Positions 47,792 to 57,462 of a stretch of DNA of 64,000 bases are shown in pieces; within the stretch, counting starts at the first letter, position 1, and each line of letters begins with the position of its first letter. A program made the position numbers and the translations under genes. The stretch spans positions 1 to 64,000 of the IMG/VR virus record IMGVR_UViG_3300020129_000672; one strand, given 5' to 3'. The notes under the pieces were generated by a model that worked only from the letters and a program-made list of their open reading frames with translations, did not search any database and was not told the DNA's origin. Origin of the DNA: a virus.

Positions 47792-50526
47792 AGACCGTTC
47801 GTCTGTTCTTTTTTTTTCTCCTGATTTTTCGGGCGTTTCCGCAAGCGACTCCCCCGCAGTATCCCTATCCTGATCCGCTTCCAATTTCGGGCGACATCCC
47901 GTCCCTCCATAGCCTCAAGGTAACGAAGGCTATCACCCCTACGGCCTATGAGGATGAGCGGCCGGTCGTGTGGGATGATTTTGTTGGTGGTGGTTATCAC
48001 ACGTGCCTCAACGGAACAGAGCGCGATAATATACTGCAGGGCCGCCGGAAGGAGGGGATGCTCGTTTGGGTGGCGTTCGACAATCATACATACCGTTTGG
48101 CGTCGGACCTGACGACCTGGACCGATCTGGGGATCCTTGCCGCCGGTGGGAGTGTCACCACGATCTACACCGGAAACGGCACATTGGCAGGAAACAGAAC
48201 GATCACCGGATCGAACTTCAATCTCGATCTGGTTGGGCTTGGAAATTTTAGCGCGCTGGCCAATACATCGATCACACTGGCGGCGCCGACCATCACGCTC
48301 AACGGTGGGAGTTTTACTCGGATCAACAACAGCGGGCCCTATCCCTTTCTGTTCGCCGCCGCTCCGTCAGTCGCCGGATCAACCCATCAATTGCTGGCCC
48401 GCAATCCTTCGACCGGGGAAGTGACATTCACACCCGACGCAACGATCGGTGGGTCGTCCGGTGTTTATCGCGGCGTGACGTCTGGGACGCCCGGATTTTG
48501 GGTGGCCGCCACTTCTGCACTGACCCCTCCCTACAGTAGCGCCAGCCAGCCGCCAGAGGCCACTGTGGCGGTCCTGAAGTTCCCGTCCAACTCGGTTGGC
48601 AACGATACGCTCCAGTTGGGCGACAGCACGACCGGCATCGCGATCAAGCGAAAGGACGGAAGCGCCGTTCAGGCGGATGACATCACGGCCGGTCAGTACA
48701 TTCTGTTTACCCGGGCGGGCACCCTATCTGGCGCCCACTGGACGTGCGAGTCGTGTGGCCAGGGAGGATCACCCTCACCGGACGTCAACGGCGTGGTGTC
48801 GGTCGATACCATTTCGGAGCTCATCAATTCGACGGCCAACGTGGTTATCACTCGCGGGTACTACACCATAGGTGACGGCGGTCACGGAGCTTATCGGCTG
48901 GATACTGCGGCGGTTGACGCTACGAACACGGTGACGACCTTCGAGGCGGCGACCGGTCGGTACTTCCTGATGCAAAGTGGATCGATCAGCGCCTTGCAGG
49001 CGGGGGCGCCGACTGATGGAACGACCGATGCCGGTCCGTACCTTCAGGCGCTGCTCGATGCCTGTCCGAACCTGACGGCTCGGATTGATCCCTTTCCCTA
49101 CCGGGTAGTCGGACAGCTGAACCCACCAGATGACGTCAAGGTGATTGCCCGCGGTGCGACTCTCACGATCGAAACGACGTCTGAGTGCGGAGTGGCTGTC
49201 AGTTCTAATTTCATCTGGGACGGCGGAACGGTCGTTGATGCTGCTCAGGACGGGGGATCGTCCGATAATGTACACTGTCCGTTTCGATTCGGGGATTATA
49301 GCGGAGTATCCAATGCTGGGGTCAGCAATTCGACGATCCGAAATGTTACTTTTTACTCAACTGGCTATGACGGAGTCGGGGCGCTTGTCACTCAAAATAG
49401 CCATAACATTACGATTGAACATTTTGAAATCCCGAACAACAGTTCGATGGGTGGCGGGATCGAAGTGCACTGGGGATATGTGACGTCCGGAAATGCCGCG
49501 TTAGGTACCAGGCACCCGCATGGAGTGAAGGTCAGCCAGGGACATATTGGAAACCTCACTCACTCCGATTCGGCCGGTCTGATCGTCTCCGCCAGTTACA
49601 GCCTGCAGTACGACAATGTGACGATCGACCAGTGCCGGTATCCGATCTTTGCCGTCTGTGGTGATTTTGGGTTTCATTACTCGGGCTTTCAGGGGCAGCA
49701 ACTTGGTTCGGTTGTATATCGGACTGTCACCTGTCTCGATTCATTGTTGGCCGGTGCGTACGTCCGAGGCTTGGATTCCGACTCGATTCAGCGGACGGTC
49801 AATTACGTGATCGACAGCTGCACTCTAATCGGCCCGAACGCCGGGGCCGGTTTGGGCGGCCTGTATCTCGATAACGTCCGGAACCTGACGGTCCAGAACT
49901 CGGTTATCTCCGTTCATCAATATGGGACGGTCCTGACCAACGGGTGTTCAAATATCGGTCTGATCGGAAATCTTTTCACGACCAACGCACTGGGTGGGAT
50001 CGTCCTATCTGACCCGAGTAGTAGTGGGGTGACCGTCAGGGGTAATCGGCTGCAGAACAATTGTGCCAGCCTGAGTGGCACTAATGCGGCGGCCATCAGA
50101 ATCGTTGCTGGCAGCAACCACCGGATCATCGATAACGACATTGGAAACCCAATTACCGAGGCCAACCAGGAGGTGGGCATTCTGTGTATTCCGCCGGCCA
50201 GCAACATTACGATTACGGGCAATAACGTGATCAACGTGAAGGGTGGAGGAGTTAGCGAAGGTTACTATCTTGGTAATGCTGCAGACTTTGGTCATCTCTG
50301 GCTAGTATCTGGAAATCAATCCAACTCAACTACTCTGATGGCCGTGCCGCAGAATCTCCCGTTCTTGGTCAGGGGTAAGTACCGAACTTTTGCGGGCACC
50401 ACCACACCGAGCGTTGGGACATTTATCAAGGGAGATCGTGTGGAGTTCAATGAAGCGACTTCTACGCCGTTTGCCATTATCTGCACGACTGGCGGATCAA
50501 GCGGGAGCTGGGCAACAATTTACTGA
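47788..50526 (+). CDS. tail spike/depolymerase with a right-handed beta-helix and an N-terminal signal-like peptide
   Basis: RGYYTIGDGGHG, GAPTDGTTDAGPYLQALLD, N/G-rich parallel beta-helix repeats. Confidence 0.8.
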   Translation: MKTVRLFFFFLLIFRAFPQATPPQYPYPDPLPISGDIPSLHSLKVTKAITPTAYEDERPVVWDDFVGGGYHTCLNGTERDNILQGRRKEGMLVWVAFDNHTYRLASDLTTWTDLGILAAGGSVTTIYTGNGTLAGNRTITGSNFNLDLVGLGNFSALANTSITLAAPTITLNGGSFTRINNSGPYPFLFAAAPSVAGSTHQLLARNPSTGEVTFTPDATIGGSSGVYRGVTSGTPGFWVAATSALTPPYSSASQPPEATVAVLKFPSNSVGNDTLQLGDSTTGIAIKRKDGSAVQADDITAGQYILFTRAGTLSGAHWTCESCGQGGSPSPDVNGVVSVDTISELINSTANVVITRGYYTIGDGGHGAYRLDTAAVDATNTVTTFEAATGRYFLMQSGSISALQAGAPTDGTTDAGPYLQALLDACPNLTARIDPFPYRVVGQLNPPDDVKVIARGATLTIETTSECGVAVSSNFIWDGGTVVDAAQDGGSSDNVHCPFRFGDYSGVSNAGVSNSTIRNVTFYSTGYDGVGALVTQNSHNITIEHFEIPNNSSMGGGIEVHWGYVTSGNAALGTRHPHGVKVSQGHIGNLTHSDSAGLIVSASYSLQYDNVTIDQCRYPIFAVCGDFGFHYSGFQGQQLGSVVYRTVTCLDSLLAGAYVRGLDSDSIQRTVNYVIDSCTLIGPNAGAGLGGLYLDNVRNLTVQNSVISVHQYGTVLTNGCSNIGLIGNLFTTNALGGIVLSDPSSSGVTVRGNRLQNNCASLSGTNAAAIRIVAGSNHRIIDNDIGNPITEANQEVGILCIPPASNITITGNNVINVKGGGVSEGYYLGNAADFGHLWLVSGNQSNSTTLMAVPQNLPFLVRGKYRTFAGTTTPSVGTFIKGDRVEFNEATSTPFAIICTTGGSSGSWATIY

Positions 50527-50529
50527 GCC

Positions 50530-51234
50530 ATGAGGATTTTCTTTCTTGCCGCATGGCTGACTGCTCAATCGGTGCTGGCCGACTGGAAGTCTGACTTGGT
50601 CGTTTACTGGATGACAGGTCACCCGTCGATCGCCATTACGTCGTCCAATATCTTTGGCATCGAGCACGCGGCCGGATCGTTCACCGGCGTCAGTATCGGC
50701 GATCAGACGGGCCCACTGTCCGGCCTGTGCACCGGGTTCGTCACCGACGGTGTTTGTGGCGGTAGTGTTCAGAATTGCACGTGGACCAGGCGATACCGCA
50801 ATTCAACCAACGACGCATTTCTCTACCGAACGTGTCGTCCGCTTTCCAGTGGTATCTCCTACGTGGCGACCAACACTGTTCCGGGCACGCCTGTTCAATG
50901 GTTGTCAATCGTCGATCGCGTGTGGTACACCGGAACGGTCTTTGGCGACTGTTGTGGTTTTCCCTACACGTTTCCTGACGGGATGGTTGCCTACTACGGC
51001 GTACTCTATTTTGACGGCCACATGCCGGTGGCTGGCGACAGCGATAGTCCGTTGTTTGCCCGGAACCAGGATGGAGTTCATTGGGACTTTGCTGGCGCGG
51101 TGGCCGGTACTGACAGCGGTCATGTGGTGGCGTACTTTCTGTGGCCGGAGGGAGTTCAGTACCGACCGTCTTCACCGGCTGTCATTTCAAATGTTGGTCT
51201 ATCGCAACTTTTCAACTCTGATCCCGATCGTTAA
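50530..51234 (+). CDS. signal-peptide hypothetical protein
   Basis: MRIFFLAAWLTAQSVLA. Confidence 0.65.
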   Translation: MRIFFLAAWLTAQSVLADWKSDLVVYWMTGHPSIAITSSNIFGIEHAAGSFTGVSIGDQTGPLSGLCTGFVTDGVCGGSVQNCTWTRRYRNSTNDAFLYRTCRPLSSGISYVATNTVPGTPVQWLSIVDRVWYTGTVFGDCCGFPYTFPDGMVAYYGVLYFDGHMPVAGDSDSPLFARNQDGVHWDFAGAVAGTDSGHVVAYFLWPEGVQYRPSSPAVISNVGLSQLFNSDPDR

Positions 51235-51238
51235 ATTT

Positions 51239-51622
51239 ATGGACCAACCAATACCCGCGCCACTACCGCCATCACCGATTCCGCCTGGTACGCCAACGTC
51301 CGATGTAATCAGGTACCTGATTGGATCGAGCAATTTAGGAAGCTCGATCAAGAGTATCCTGGTGGCGATTGTTGTTGCCTGGTTCGGGTCGGACAAGACC
51401 CGGTCGTTCTGGAACAACACGAGCCTGACGGCCGTGACCGACAGCCACGTTGCTCTGGCGACGAATGTGCTGGACCGGCTTGACCGGATGGAGACACTGA
51501 TGGCTCGTCCGCGCACCCAGGGAGGAATGGGGGTGGATCTGACGGACCCGCGGAACAGCCGGCCTGGACCGTTCTACCCACCGCTGCCATCAACCAACCG
51601 CCTGCTTCGAAAGGTTCCGTGA
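51239..51622 (+). CDS. membrane hypothetical protein (start revised to MDQPIP)
   Basis: TM segment SILVAIVVAWFG. Confidence 0.6.
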   Translation: MDQPIPAPLPPSPIPPGTPTSDVIRYLIGSSNLGSSIKSILVAIVVAWFGSDKTRSFWNNTSLTAVTDSHVALATNVLDRLDRMETLMARPRTQGGMGVDLTDPRNSRPGPFYPPLPSTNRLLRKVP

Positions 51623-51625
51623 CCG

Positions 51626-51940
51626 ATGGCTCCGCCCGTCAAACAAAACACCAATGTCGTTATCACGACGTTGATCTTGGCGGCGTTTATTCCAACGCTT
51701 TCTTCGATTGCGACTTATATTCAGAGCCGGGCATCGGCCGCTACGGTTGAAAAAGTACACGAGCTGGTGAATAGTAAGAGCGATGCCCAGACCGCTCAGA
51801 TTAAGGAACTCATTCAGGCCAACAAAGATCTGGCATCCAAGCTGGCGGTGCTTGAAGAACGGCTTAGGCCGATACCGGAATCGACCAAGACTACGACTTT
51901 AACTGACGAGCAATTAAATCGCCTGATAAATAGAAAGTAA
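51626..51940 (+). CDS. holin-like TM plus coiled-coil protein
   Basis: One TM segment, then VHELVNS and a coiled coil. Confidence 0.55.
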   Translation: MAPPVKQNTNVVITTLILAAFIPTLSSIATYIQSRASAATVEKVHELVNSKSDAQTAQIKELIQANKDLASKLAVLEERLRPIPESTKTTTLTDEQLNRLINRK

Positions 51941-51944
51941 TTAT

Positions 51945-52121
51945 ATGTCTCTAGGATTATGCTTTTGGATTTTGATGATGTTATGGCTTGTGTTTGGACT
52001 TTGGTCTAACTGGCCAGCCACTGGATCATCTGGAATTCGACCGTTGGGTGGAACCTTGTTACTATTTTTTGTAATTTTTATACTTGGATGGGCTCAATTT
52101 GGGCCTCCTGTTCATCGGTGA
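51945..52121 (+). CDS. 58-aa two-TM membrane protein (not in the ORF track)
   Basis: MSLGLCFWILMMLWLVFGLWSNWPATGSSGIRPLGGTLLLFFVIFILGWAQFGPPVHR. Confidence 0.8.
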   Translation: MSLGLCFWILMMLWLVFGLWSNWPATGSSGIRPLGGTLLLFFVIFILGWAQFGPPVHR

Positions 52122-52123
52122 CT

Positions 52124-52963
52124 ATGACCGGAATATACATGATTAGGAATACGATGAGCGGTAGACAATATGTCGGATCTGCGTTGAACATACATCAACG
52201 GTGGCATTCTCATCGATCTTTGCTTTCCAAAGGAAAGCATCACTCGGTTACTTTGCAGCGTTCATGGATAAAACATTCTCCCGAGGCGTTTTTGTTTGAA
52301 ATATTGGAGCAGGTTGAGGATGCCAACCAACTTGTTCCTCGTGAGCAGTTCTGGATCGACAAACTTAACTCAGCTTGCCCGCGTACTGGATTCAATATAT
52401 CACCAACGGCTGGAAGCCCGCTTGGAGTAAAGCACTCTTTTGAAACTCGTGCCAAGATGTCAGCAATTAGAAAAGGAGTAAAGTTTGGGCCACAAAGCGA
52501 CGCTCACAAAGCCGCGTTGAGAAAGTCGAGACTTGGAACAAAGCATTCGCTTGCAACTCGATGTAAAATGTCAGCAGCGCGAAAGGGTGTTCCAAAACCT
52601 CCGTTTAGCGAGGATCACAAAGCTGCAATGAGCTTAGCAAGGTTACGGTACGAAAGCGATACGGGAAGAACGGCTATAAGAAACAAATCGGATCATATGC
52701 GTGAGATGGTTAGGGCATCTAAAATTAAGCGTTATTCCACACCAGAAGGGATTGAAGAATTAAGATCTATGGCCATAAAACGGTGGGCAATTAAAAGATT
52801 ATCAGGAGAACCGCTTGGCCGTCCGATGTCTGATGAAACAAAGCTTAAATTAAGCATTGCTGAGAAAGGAAAAATGACAGACCAACACAAAGCTGCAATC
52901 GCGGCAAGCAATCGAAGACGATCAACTTCAAATCACGCATTCGGTCCACCGATCCATAACTAA
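52124..52963 (+). mobile_element. GIY-YIG homing endonuclease with NUMOD3-like repeats
   Basis: MTGIYMIRN...YVGSA...RW..H...REQFWID; HS.ETRAKMS-type repeats; low GC. Confidence 0.93.
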
Positions 52964-52995
52964 GTTGGTCCGCTATCGGACCGATATGCTATTGA

Positions 52996-53340
52996 ATGAA
53001 AAGCTTTTCCTCAGATTCGAAAAGCAACATACTGTCGGTACTAATCGATGGTATGGCGACGAATAAAAAAATGACGGCCAGCCACCGGGCGTTTGTCTGG
53101 CTGGCGCTTGGTTCATTGATCGGTGGAATGATCGATGTACGAGGTTCGCTCGCGCCGTTGGCCAAACTGCCGCTTGTGCTATCGACCTTGGAGGAACACA
53201 CGGCCGAACTGAAGGAACTCCGAAAATTACGGGAGGAAGACCATCGGGCGTTGGAGGAGGTTAAGGATATTTTGCGGCGTAACAAGCTGGCGGCCGGCCA
53301 GGATGAAAAAGGCCTATCAACCGTTAAATATTCCGAATGA
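52996..53340 (+). CDS. TM plus coiled-coil protein (holin/lysis-associated?)
   Basis: AFVWLALGSLIGG followed by a coiled coil. Confidence 0.5.
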   Translation: MKSFSSDSKSNILSVLIDGMATNKKMTASHRAFVWLALGSLIGGMIDVRGSLAPLAKLPLVLSTLEEHTAELKELRKLREEDHRALEEVKDILRRNKLAAGQDEKGLSTVKYSE

Positions 53341-53461
53341 AGACCAAGAAGTTAAAGAAGCGTCGACCGGCTGTTCAGCGGGATATCCCAAAGCCGGTTC
53401 AACCTGGAACGATTCCGCCGTCGACCCCGATTGATCCGGATAATCCTAAGAAAGAAATTGT

Positions 53462-56400
53462 ATGAAAGCTAAATATCTATTTTTAATTTCAATGCTGCTG
53501 ATGACCGCACTGACGGTCGTTGGGCAGATCACGCCACCGCAGTACCCGTATCCGGATCCGCTGCCGGCCTCTGGTGATATTCCTAATCTTCACAGTCTGA
53601 AGGTGACAAAGGCGCTGAGCACAACCGCCTATGAGGATGAGCGTCCAGTGGTGTGGGATGATTTCATTGGTGGTGGTATGCGATCGGTCGGTTCGACGAA
53701 CGAGCGGAATGCGATTGTTCAAGGTCGACGGAAGGAGGGAATGATGGTGATGGTGAAGTCTGTAAGTCCGGATACCAATGCTTTTGGACTTTACATGCTT
53801 CTGAAGGGGATCAGCAACACCAATTGGTACAAGATCGCTGACATCACGACGACCAACGGTTTTAACATACCGTCCCTGAAGTCGGTGAATATCTTTAACA
53901 GCGACGGTCAGTTGACGACCAACCGATTGCTGAGTGGCGTTGGGACGTATTCGCTGGGTCTGGCGGGACTCACGGGGTTCAACACGTCGGCCGATAGTTC
54001 TCTAATACAGGCAAACAACCAGAATGTGGTTGGGCTTAATAACCTGACACTAGCGTCGCTCGATCAACTTGATTTATTGGCGCCAAACATATCGATCACC
54101 AGTTCGAACAGTTTTTTGTCGCTCGACCATAACTCAACAACGGTCGGTGCCTATGGTACTAATGGTCTGATTATATTAACTCCGGCAGTTCATGCGACTA
54201 CCGCCACTGCCGGGCAGGTCCTGACGTTGATCGACACGAATGGGATTGCTGATTTTGCAACGATCACCGGTGGAACAAACGTCTTTAACATCACGTACAC
54301 CACGAACTACGTGAATGATAACTTCGCCAACACCGACCTGACGTTCACGGGGAACCGGACGCATGATGCGGCGGGGAATAGTTTAGCTATTGATAACATT
54401 TCTACTCTTCAATTATTTGGATCAAGTTTGGCTCAAATTAGATTTCCTTTTATTCAAGTAGACTTGTCCGGAGGAGGAGAAGGAGAAGGATTGTCAATTG
54501 CTAATTCTCCAAATATATCAATAGATGGAGATGGAATGTTCAACGGAGGATTTTTTGTTGGGTCTGGTACTCCAATGTATGGAATAACTCTCGCCAGTAG
54601 TGGCGATGTTATTTCTCTTGACGTCGATACAACGCAAGGAATAGCATTTAAGAACAAGCAAATCCATGATGGTGTCGCCACTCTAGGTCAGGTTTGGACA
54701 CTAACGAACGTCACTACTGGGAAAGGTGTTTGGGCCAACCCGCCCGCCGGACAGAACTTCGCGAATGCGGATTTGACGGCGACTGGTGATAGATACCACG
54801 ATTTCACTGGGTATCGCTTAACAATTAACAGCCCTCGCGGTTTTTCAGTAAATTCTATTGATGACACTTTAAGTATTGGTTCTAACTACGAATTAGATAT
54901 TTCAACTCCAGATGTTAATAACACAGCGTTGGTTGGCCAATACCTTCAGCTTCAAACTGCTGACGCGGGTGCTGTGGAATACCAAACCATCTACTTCAAA
55001 GGCACCGCAACCGACTCCGGTGGCGGAGCGTTCGTTGCCGCAACGGCCTCAATCGTTCCGGCCTACAACGATTCGTCTGATCCGCCGGAGTTCATGCAGT
55101 TCTACATGAAACCGACGTCCGATGCGGTGGCTGATAGTCAACTTCAATTAGGTGACAGTGGAAGTCCTCATTACATAACACGTAAGGATGGCGTGACGCA
55201 CCTGGCTGATGGTGATTTCAAAGCTGGCGCGACGATCATGTTGACGATGGTCGATAGTGGGGCAGGCGCTCATTGGGTGTGCGAGAGTTGTGGAGGTGGC
55301 GGTGGACAGAACATAGCCAACGCCAATCTTACATTTGATGGTTCTCACACAACCGATGCTGCCGGTTATGATTTCAGCTTAAATAATGTCGCTAATCTTA
55401 GTCTTGGAGGTTCTAGCTCAATATCTGCATCTTTGGGCGGAGGTGTTCAAGCGCAAATTAGCAGTTCGGCCGCGCAATTCCTAATCGTTACAAATACCAT
55501 TCAGATGAATACTCTGACTGGAGACATATATATGGTAGATCAGGATGTATATGGCGGTAGTTCAACTAATGGAATGGTGTTGACGATGATTGATCAAACA
55601 ACCGGTAAAGTGGGATTTAGGAATGCGTCTGGTGGCTCATCAACTAATTTTGCAAACGCCAACCTCACAGCGACCGCCAGCCGGGTCCACGATTGGGCGG
55701 GCCACAATCTGACGATCGAGAATCTGCTGTCGTTCACGATGAGCGATCTTACTGGATCATACATTCAGGTCGGGCCCGCCATTTATCTTTCTAACGGAGC
55801 TGGCACGAGCTTTATCAACATGACGGACAGTGAGACGGAGATTGGTGGAACCAGCACGAACGGTATCAGGCTATTTTCCAAGGGGGTCAATAATGCCACG
55901 GTATCCACCAACTGGGTGTGGACGTTGCTGAACGCCGCGACGGGCGCCGGTGAATGGGTGGCGGGCAGGAATATGTTCGATGCAAATGGAACACTGGCGG
56001 GGAATCGCGTGGTTTCTGGCGGTGGTCATAGCCTTACCTTCCAAACCGCGCTCTCTGATTTTAATGTGCTGGCGACGAATGTCATTTCCCAGGCGAGCTT
56101 GAACAACACGATTAATGGCGCATTGATCGGGATGACCGCCAGTTCGTCGGTGACGGTCAATACGCCACTTTTCACAATCAACAACAGTAGCGCCGATGAC
56201 TTCCTTTTTACCTCGACGCCTAATGACGGTACGGACGCCGATCATACGCTCGAACGAAACCCATCGACGGGCGAGGTGCGGTGGAATACCGGCCGGTTTG
56301 TCTTTCCGCGGACGGGCGTCCCGTCGGTCGCCGCCGGTACGGGTGCTGGTACTGGGCCGACCGTTACGCTCGTCCGTCAAAGTGATTCGGCGTTCACCCT

Positions 56401-56641
56401 CAGTGTCATTCCCGGATCGACGCCGGCTGTCAATGCGACGGTTGCGACCGTGACGTTCGCCAGCGCCTATGCGGCGGCCCCTCATTGGTCGCTGGCGGCC
56501 GGTAATGCAGCGACCGCTCTACTGTCGGGCAACAGCGCCTGCTACGGTCAATCGACGACCACCACCTTTGTGTTGAAGAGCGGCCCGACGGCGCTTACTC
56601 AAAGTACGACCTACCTTTTTGAAGTGATAATCGTAAAGTAA
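53462..56641 (+). CDS. long tail-fibre-like repeat protein with a signal peptide
   Basis: MKAKYLFLISMLLMTALTVVG; ~6 repeats of NFANxxLTxxxxRxHD; N-domain shared with 47788. Confidence 0.8.
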   Translation: MKAKYLFLISMLLMTALTVVGQITPPQYPYPDPLPASGDIPNLHSLKVTKALSTTAYEDERPVVWDDFIGGGMRSVGSTNERNAIVQGRRKEGMMVMVKSVSPDTNAFGLYMLLKGISNTNWYKIADITTTNGFNIPSLKSVNIFNSDGQLTTNRLLSGVGTYSLGLAGLTGFNTSADSSLIQANNQNVVGLNNLTLASLDQLDLLAPNISITSSNSFLSLDHNSTTVGAYGTNGLIILTPAVHATTATAGQVLTLIDTNGIADFATITGGTNVFNITYTTNYVNDNFANTDLTFTGNRTHDAAGNSLAIDNISTLQLFGSSLAQIRFPFIQVDLSGGGEGEGLSIANSPNISIDGDGMFNGGFFVGSGTPMYGITLASSGDVISLDVDTTQGIAFKNKQIHDGVATLGQVWTLTNVTTGKGVWANPPAGQNFANADLTATGDRYHDFTGYRLTINSPRGFSVNSIDDTLSIGSNYELDISTPDVNNTALVGQYLQLQTADAGAVEYQTIYFKGTATDSGGGAFVAATASIVPAYNDSSDPPEFMQFYMKPTSDAVADSQLQLGDSGSPHYITRKDGVTHLADGDFKAGATIMLTMVDSGAGAHWVCESCGGGGGQNIANANLTFDGSHTTDAAGYDFSLNNVANLSLGGSSSISASLGGGVQAQISSSAAQFLIVTNTIQMNTLTGDIYMVDQDVYGGSSTNGMVLTMIDQTTGKVGFRNASGGSSTNFANANLTATASRVHDWAGHNLTIENLLSFTMSDLTGSYIQVGPAIYLSNGAGTSFINMTDSETEIGGTSTNGIRLFSKGVNNATVSTNWVWTLLNAATGAGEWVAGRNMFDANGTLAGNRVVSGGGHSLTFQTALSDFNVLATNVISQASLNNTINGALIGMTASSSVTVNTPLFTINNSSADDFLFTSTPNDGTDADHTLERNPSTGEVRWNTGRFVFPRTGVPSVAAGTGAGTGPTVTLVRQSDSAFTLSVIPGSTPAVNATVATVTFASAYAAAPHWSLAAGNAATALLSGNSACYGQSTTTTFVLKSGPTALTQSTTYLFEVIIVK

Positions 56642-56648
56642 CCACACT

Positions 56649-56930
56649 ATGAAAAAACTGATCATTGCGTTTTGTGCTGCTCTGTTGGTCGTCGCCGTTA
56701 GGGCGGCAGATACCGCGGTTGAAACCGTACCACCCCGACCGAAGGTCGTTCGATCGGCGCCGAATAAGGTGGAACTGCCGGTCACCCGTGCGGAGTTCAA
56801 TGCGCTGAAGGCGGAGGTCGCGCAATTGAAGGCCGCTAGCAGGCGACCGACCGTTGCCGTACCACCGGCACGGACGGCCAGGACCAATCAGGTGGCGGTC
56901 CCACGTAAGCCGCCGGTCAGCCCTCCTTGA
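56649..56930 (+). CDS. small signal-peptide protein
   Basis: MKKLIIAFCAALLVVAVRA; VTRAEFNALKAEV. Confidence 0.65.
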   Translation: MKKLIIAFCAALLVVAVRAADTAVETVPPRPKVVRSAPNKVELPVTRAEFNALKAEVAQLKAASRRPTVAVPPARTARTNQVAVPRKPPVSPP

Positions 56931-56934
56931 ACCT

Positions 56935-57102
56935 GTGCCGATCAAGTCACAGAAGGAGTGGAAGTTTCTGGCGGTAAATCACCCAGATGTGCTGCACAAG
57001 CTGCAGCAGGATCAGCCGGTGGTTTATTCCAAACTGCCGGTCGCGGTCGGCCAGAAGGATCGGCTCAGACCGCGGTTGAAGGCCTGGCGCAAGCGACGTT
57101 AA
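56935..57102 (+). CDS. small phage protein (PIKSQKEWKFL motif)
   Basis: GTG start after the previous stop. Confidence 0.55.
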   Translation: MPIKSQKEWKFLAVNHPDVLHKLQQDQPVVYSKLPVAVGQKDRLRPRLKAWRKRR

Positions 57103-57138
57103 TTGCCTTCAGGTTGGGCAGGCCCTACTGTTTCAAGC

Positions 57139-57459
57139 GTGAAAAGAATTTTAATCGTCCTCGGCCTGACCGTCTTTTGTGGCGGATGCTTTTCTGGTTG
57201 CGCGACCGGCAGTGCCGCCAAGTTGGTTAAGGCATTAGCAAACGATCCGGCCGGCTATTCGCTGAACGTGGATACCCCGTGGGGCAAAGTTCATTTGGTT
57301 CGTGCCAACCCCGGAAGCAATACTCCACCATACAGATTGAGCCCGGATGGAGGGGTTCAAGTGTTGGAGAATATCCAAGGAGCAGCGCCCGCGACGTCCA
57401 ACAACGACGTGTTGATGCAGGCGATTCAGCGGATCCCGGTTCAACCACCAGTTCAGTAA
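57139..57459 (+). CDS. putative lipoprotein
   Basis: MKRILIVLGLTVFCGGCFSGC lipobox-like; TTGCCT-N17-TACTGT-N7-GTG. Confidence 0.65.
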   Translation: MKRILIVLGLTVFCGGCFSGCATGSAAKLVKALANDPAGYSLNVDTPWGKVHLVRANPGSNTPPYRLSPDGGVQVLENIQGAAPATSNNDVLMQAIQRIPVQPPVQ

Positions 57460-57462
57460 CCG

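Noticed and set aside
50654-51238. N-terminal extension of the 322-aa ORF (likewise the extensions of ORFs 29203, 25973, 26924 and 21812)
   Set aside because: These overlap real upstream genes or promoters in another frame; downstream starts fit the gene packing better.
47788-53760. Duplicated fibre N-termini as a diversity-generating retroelement TR/VR pair
   Set aside because: No reverse transcriptase is present, the differences are not adenine-specific, and both copies are coding.
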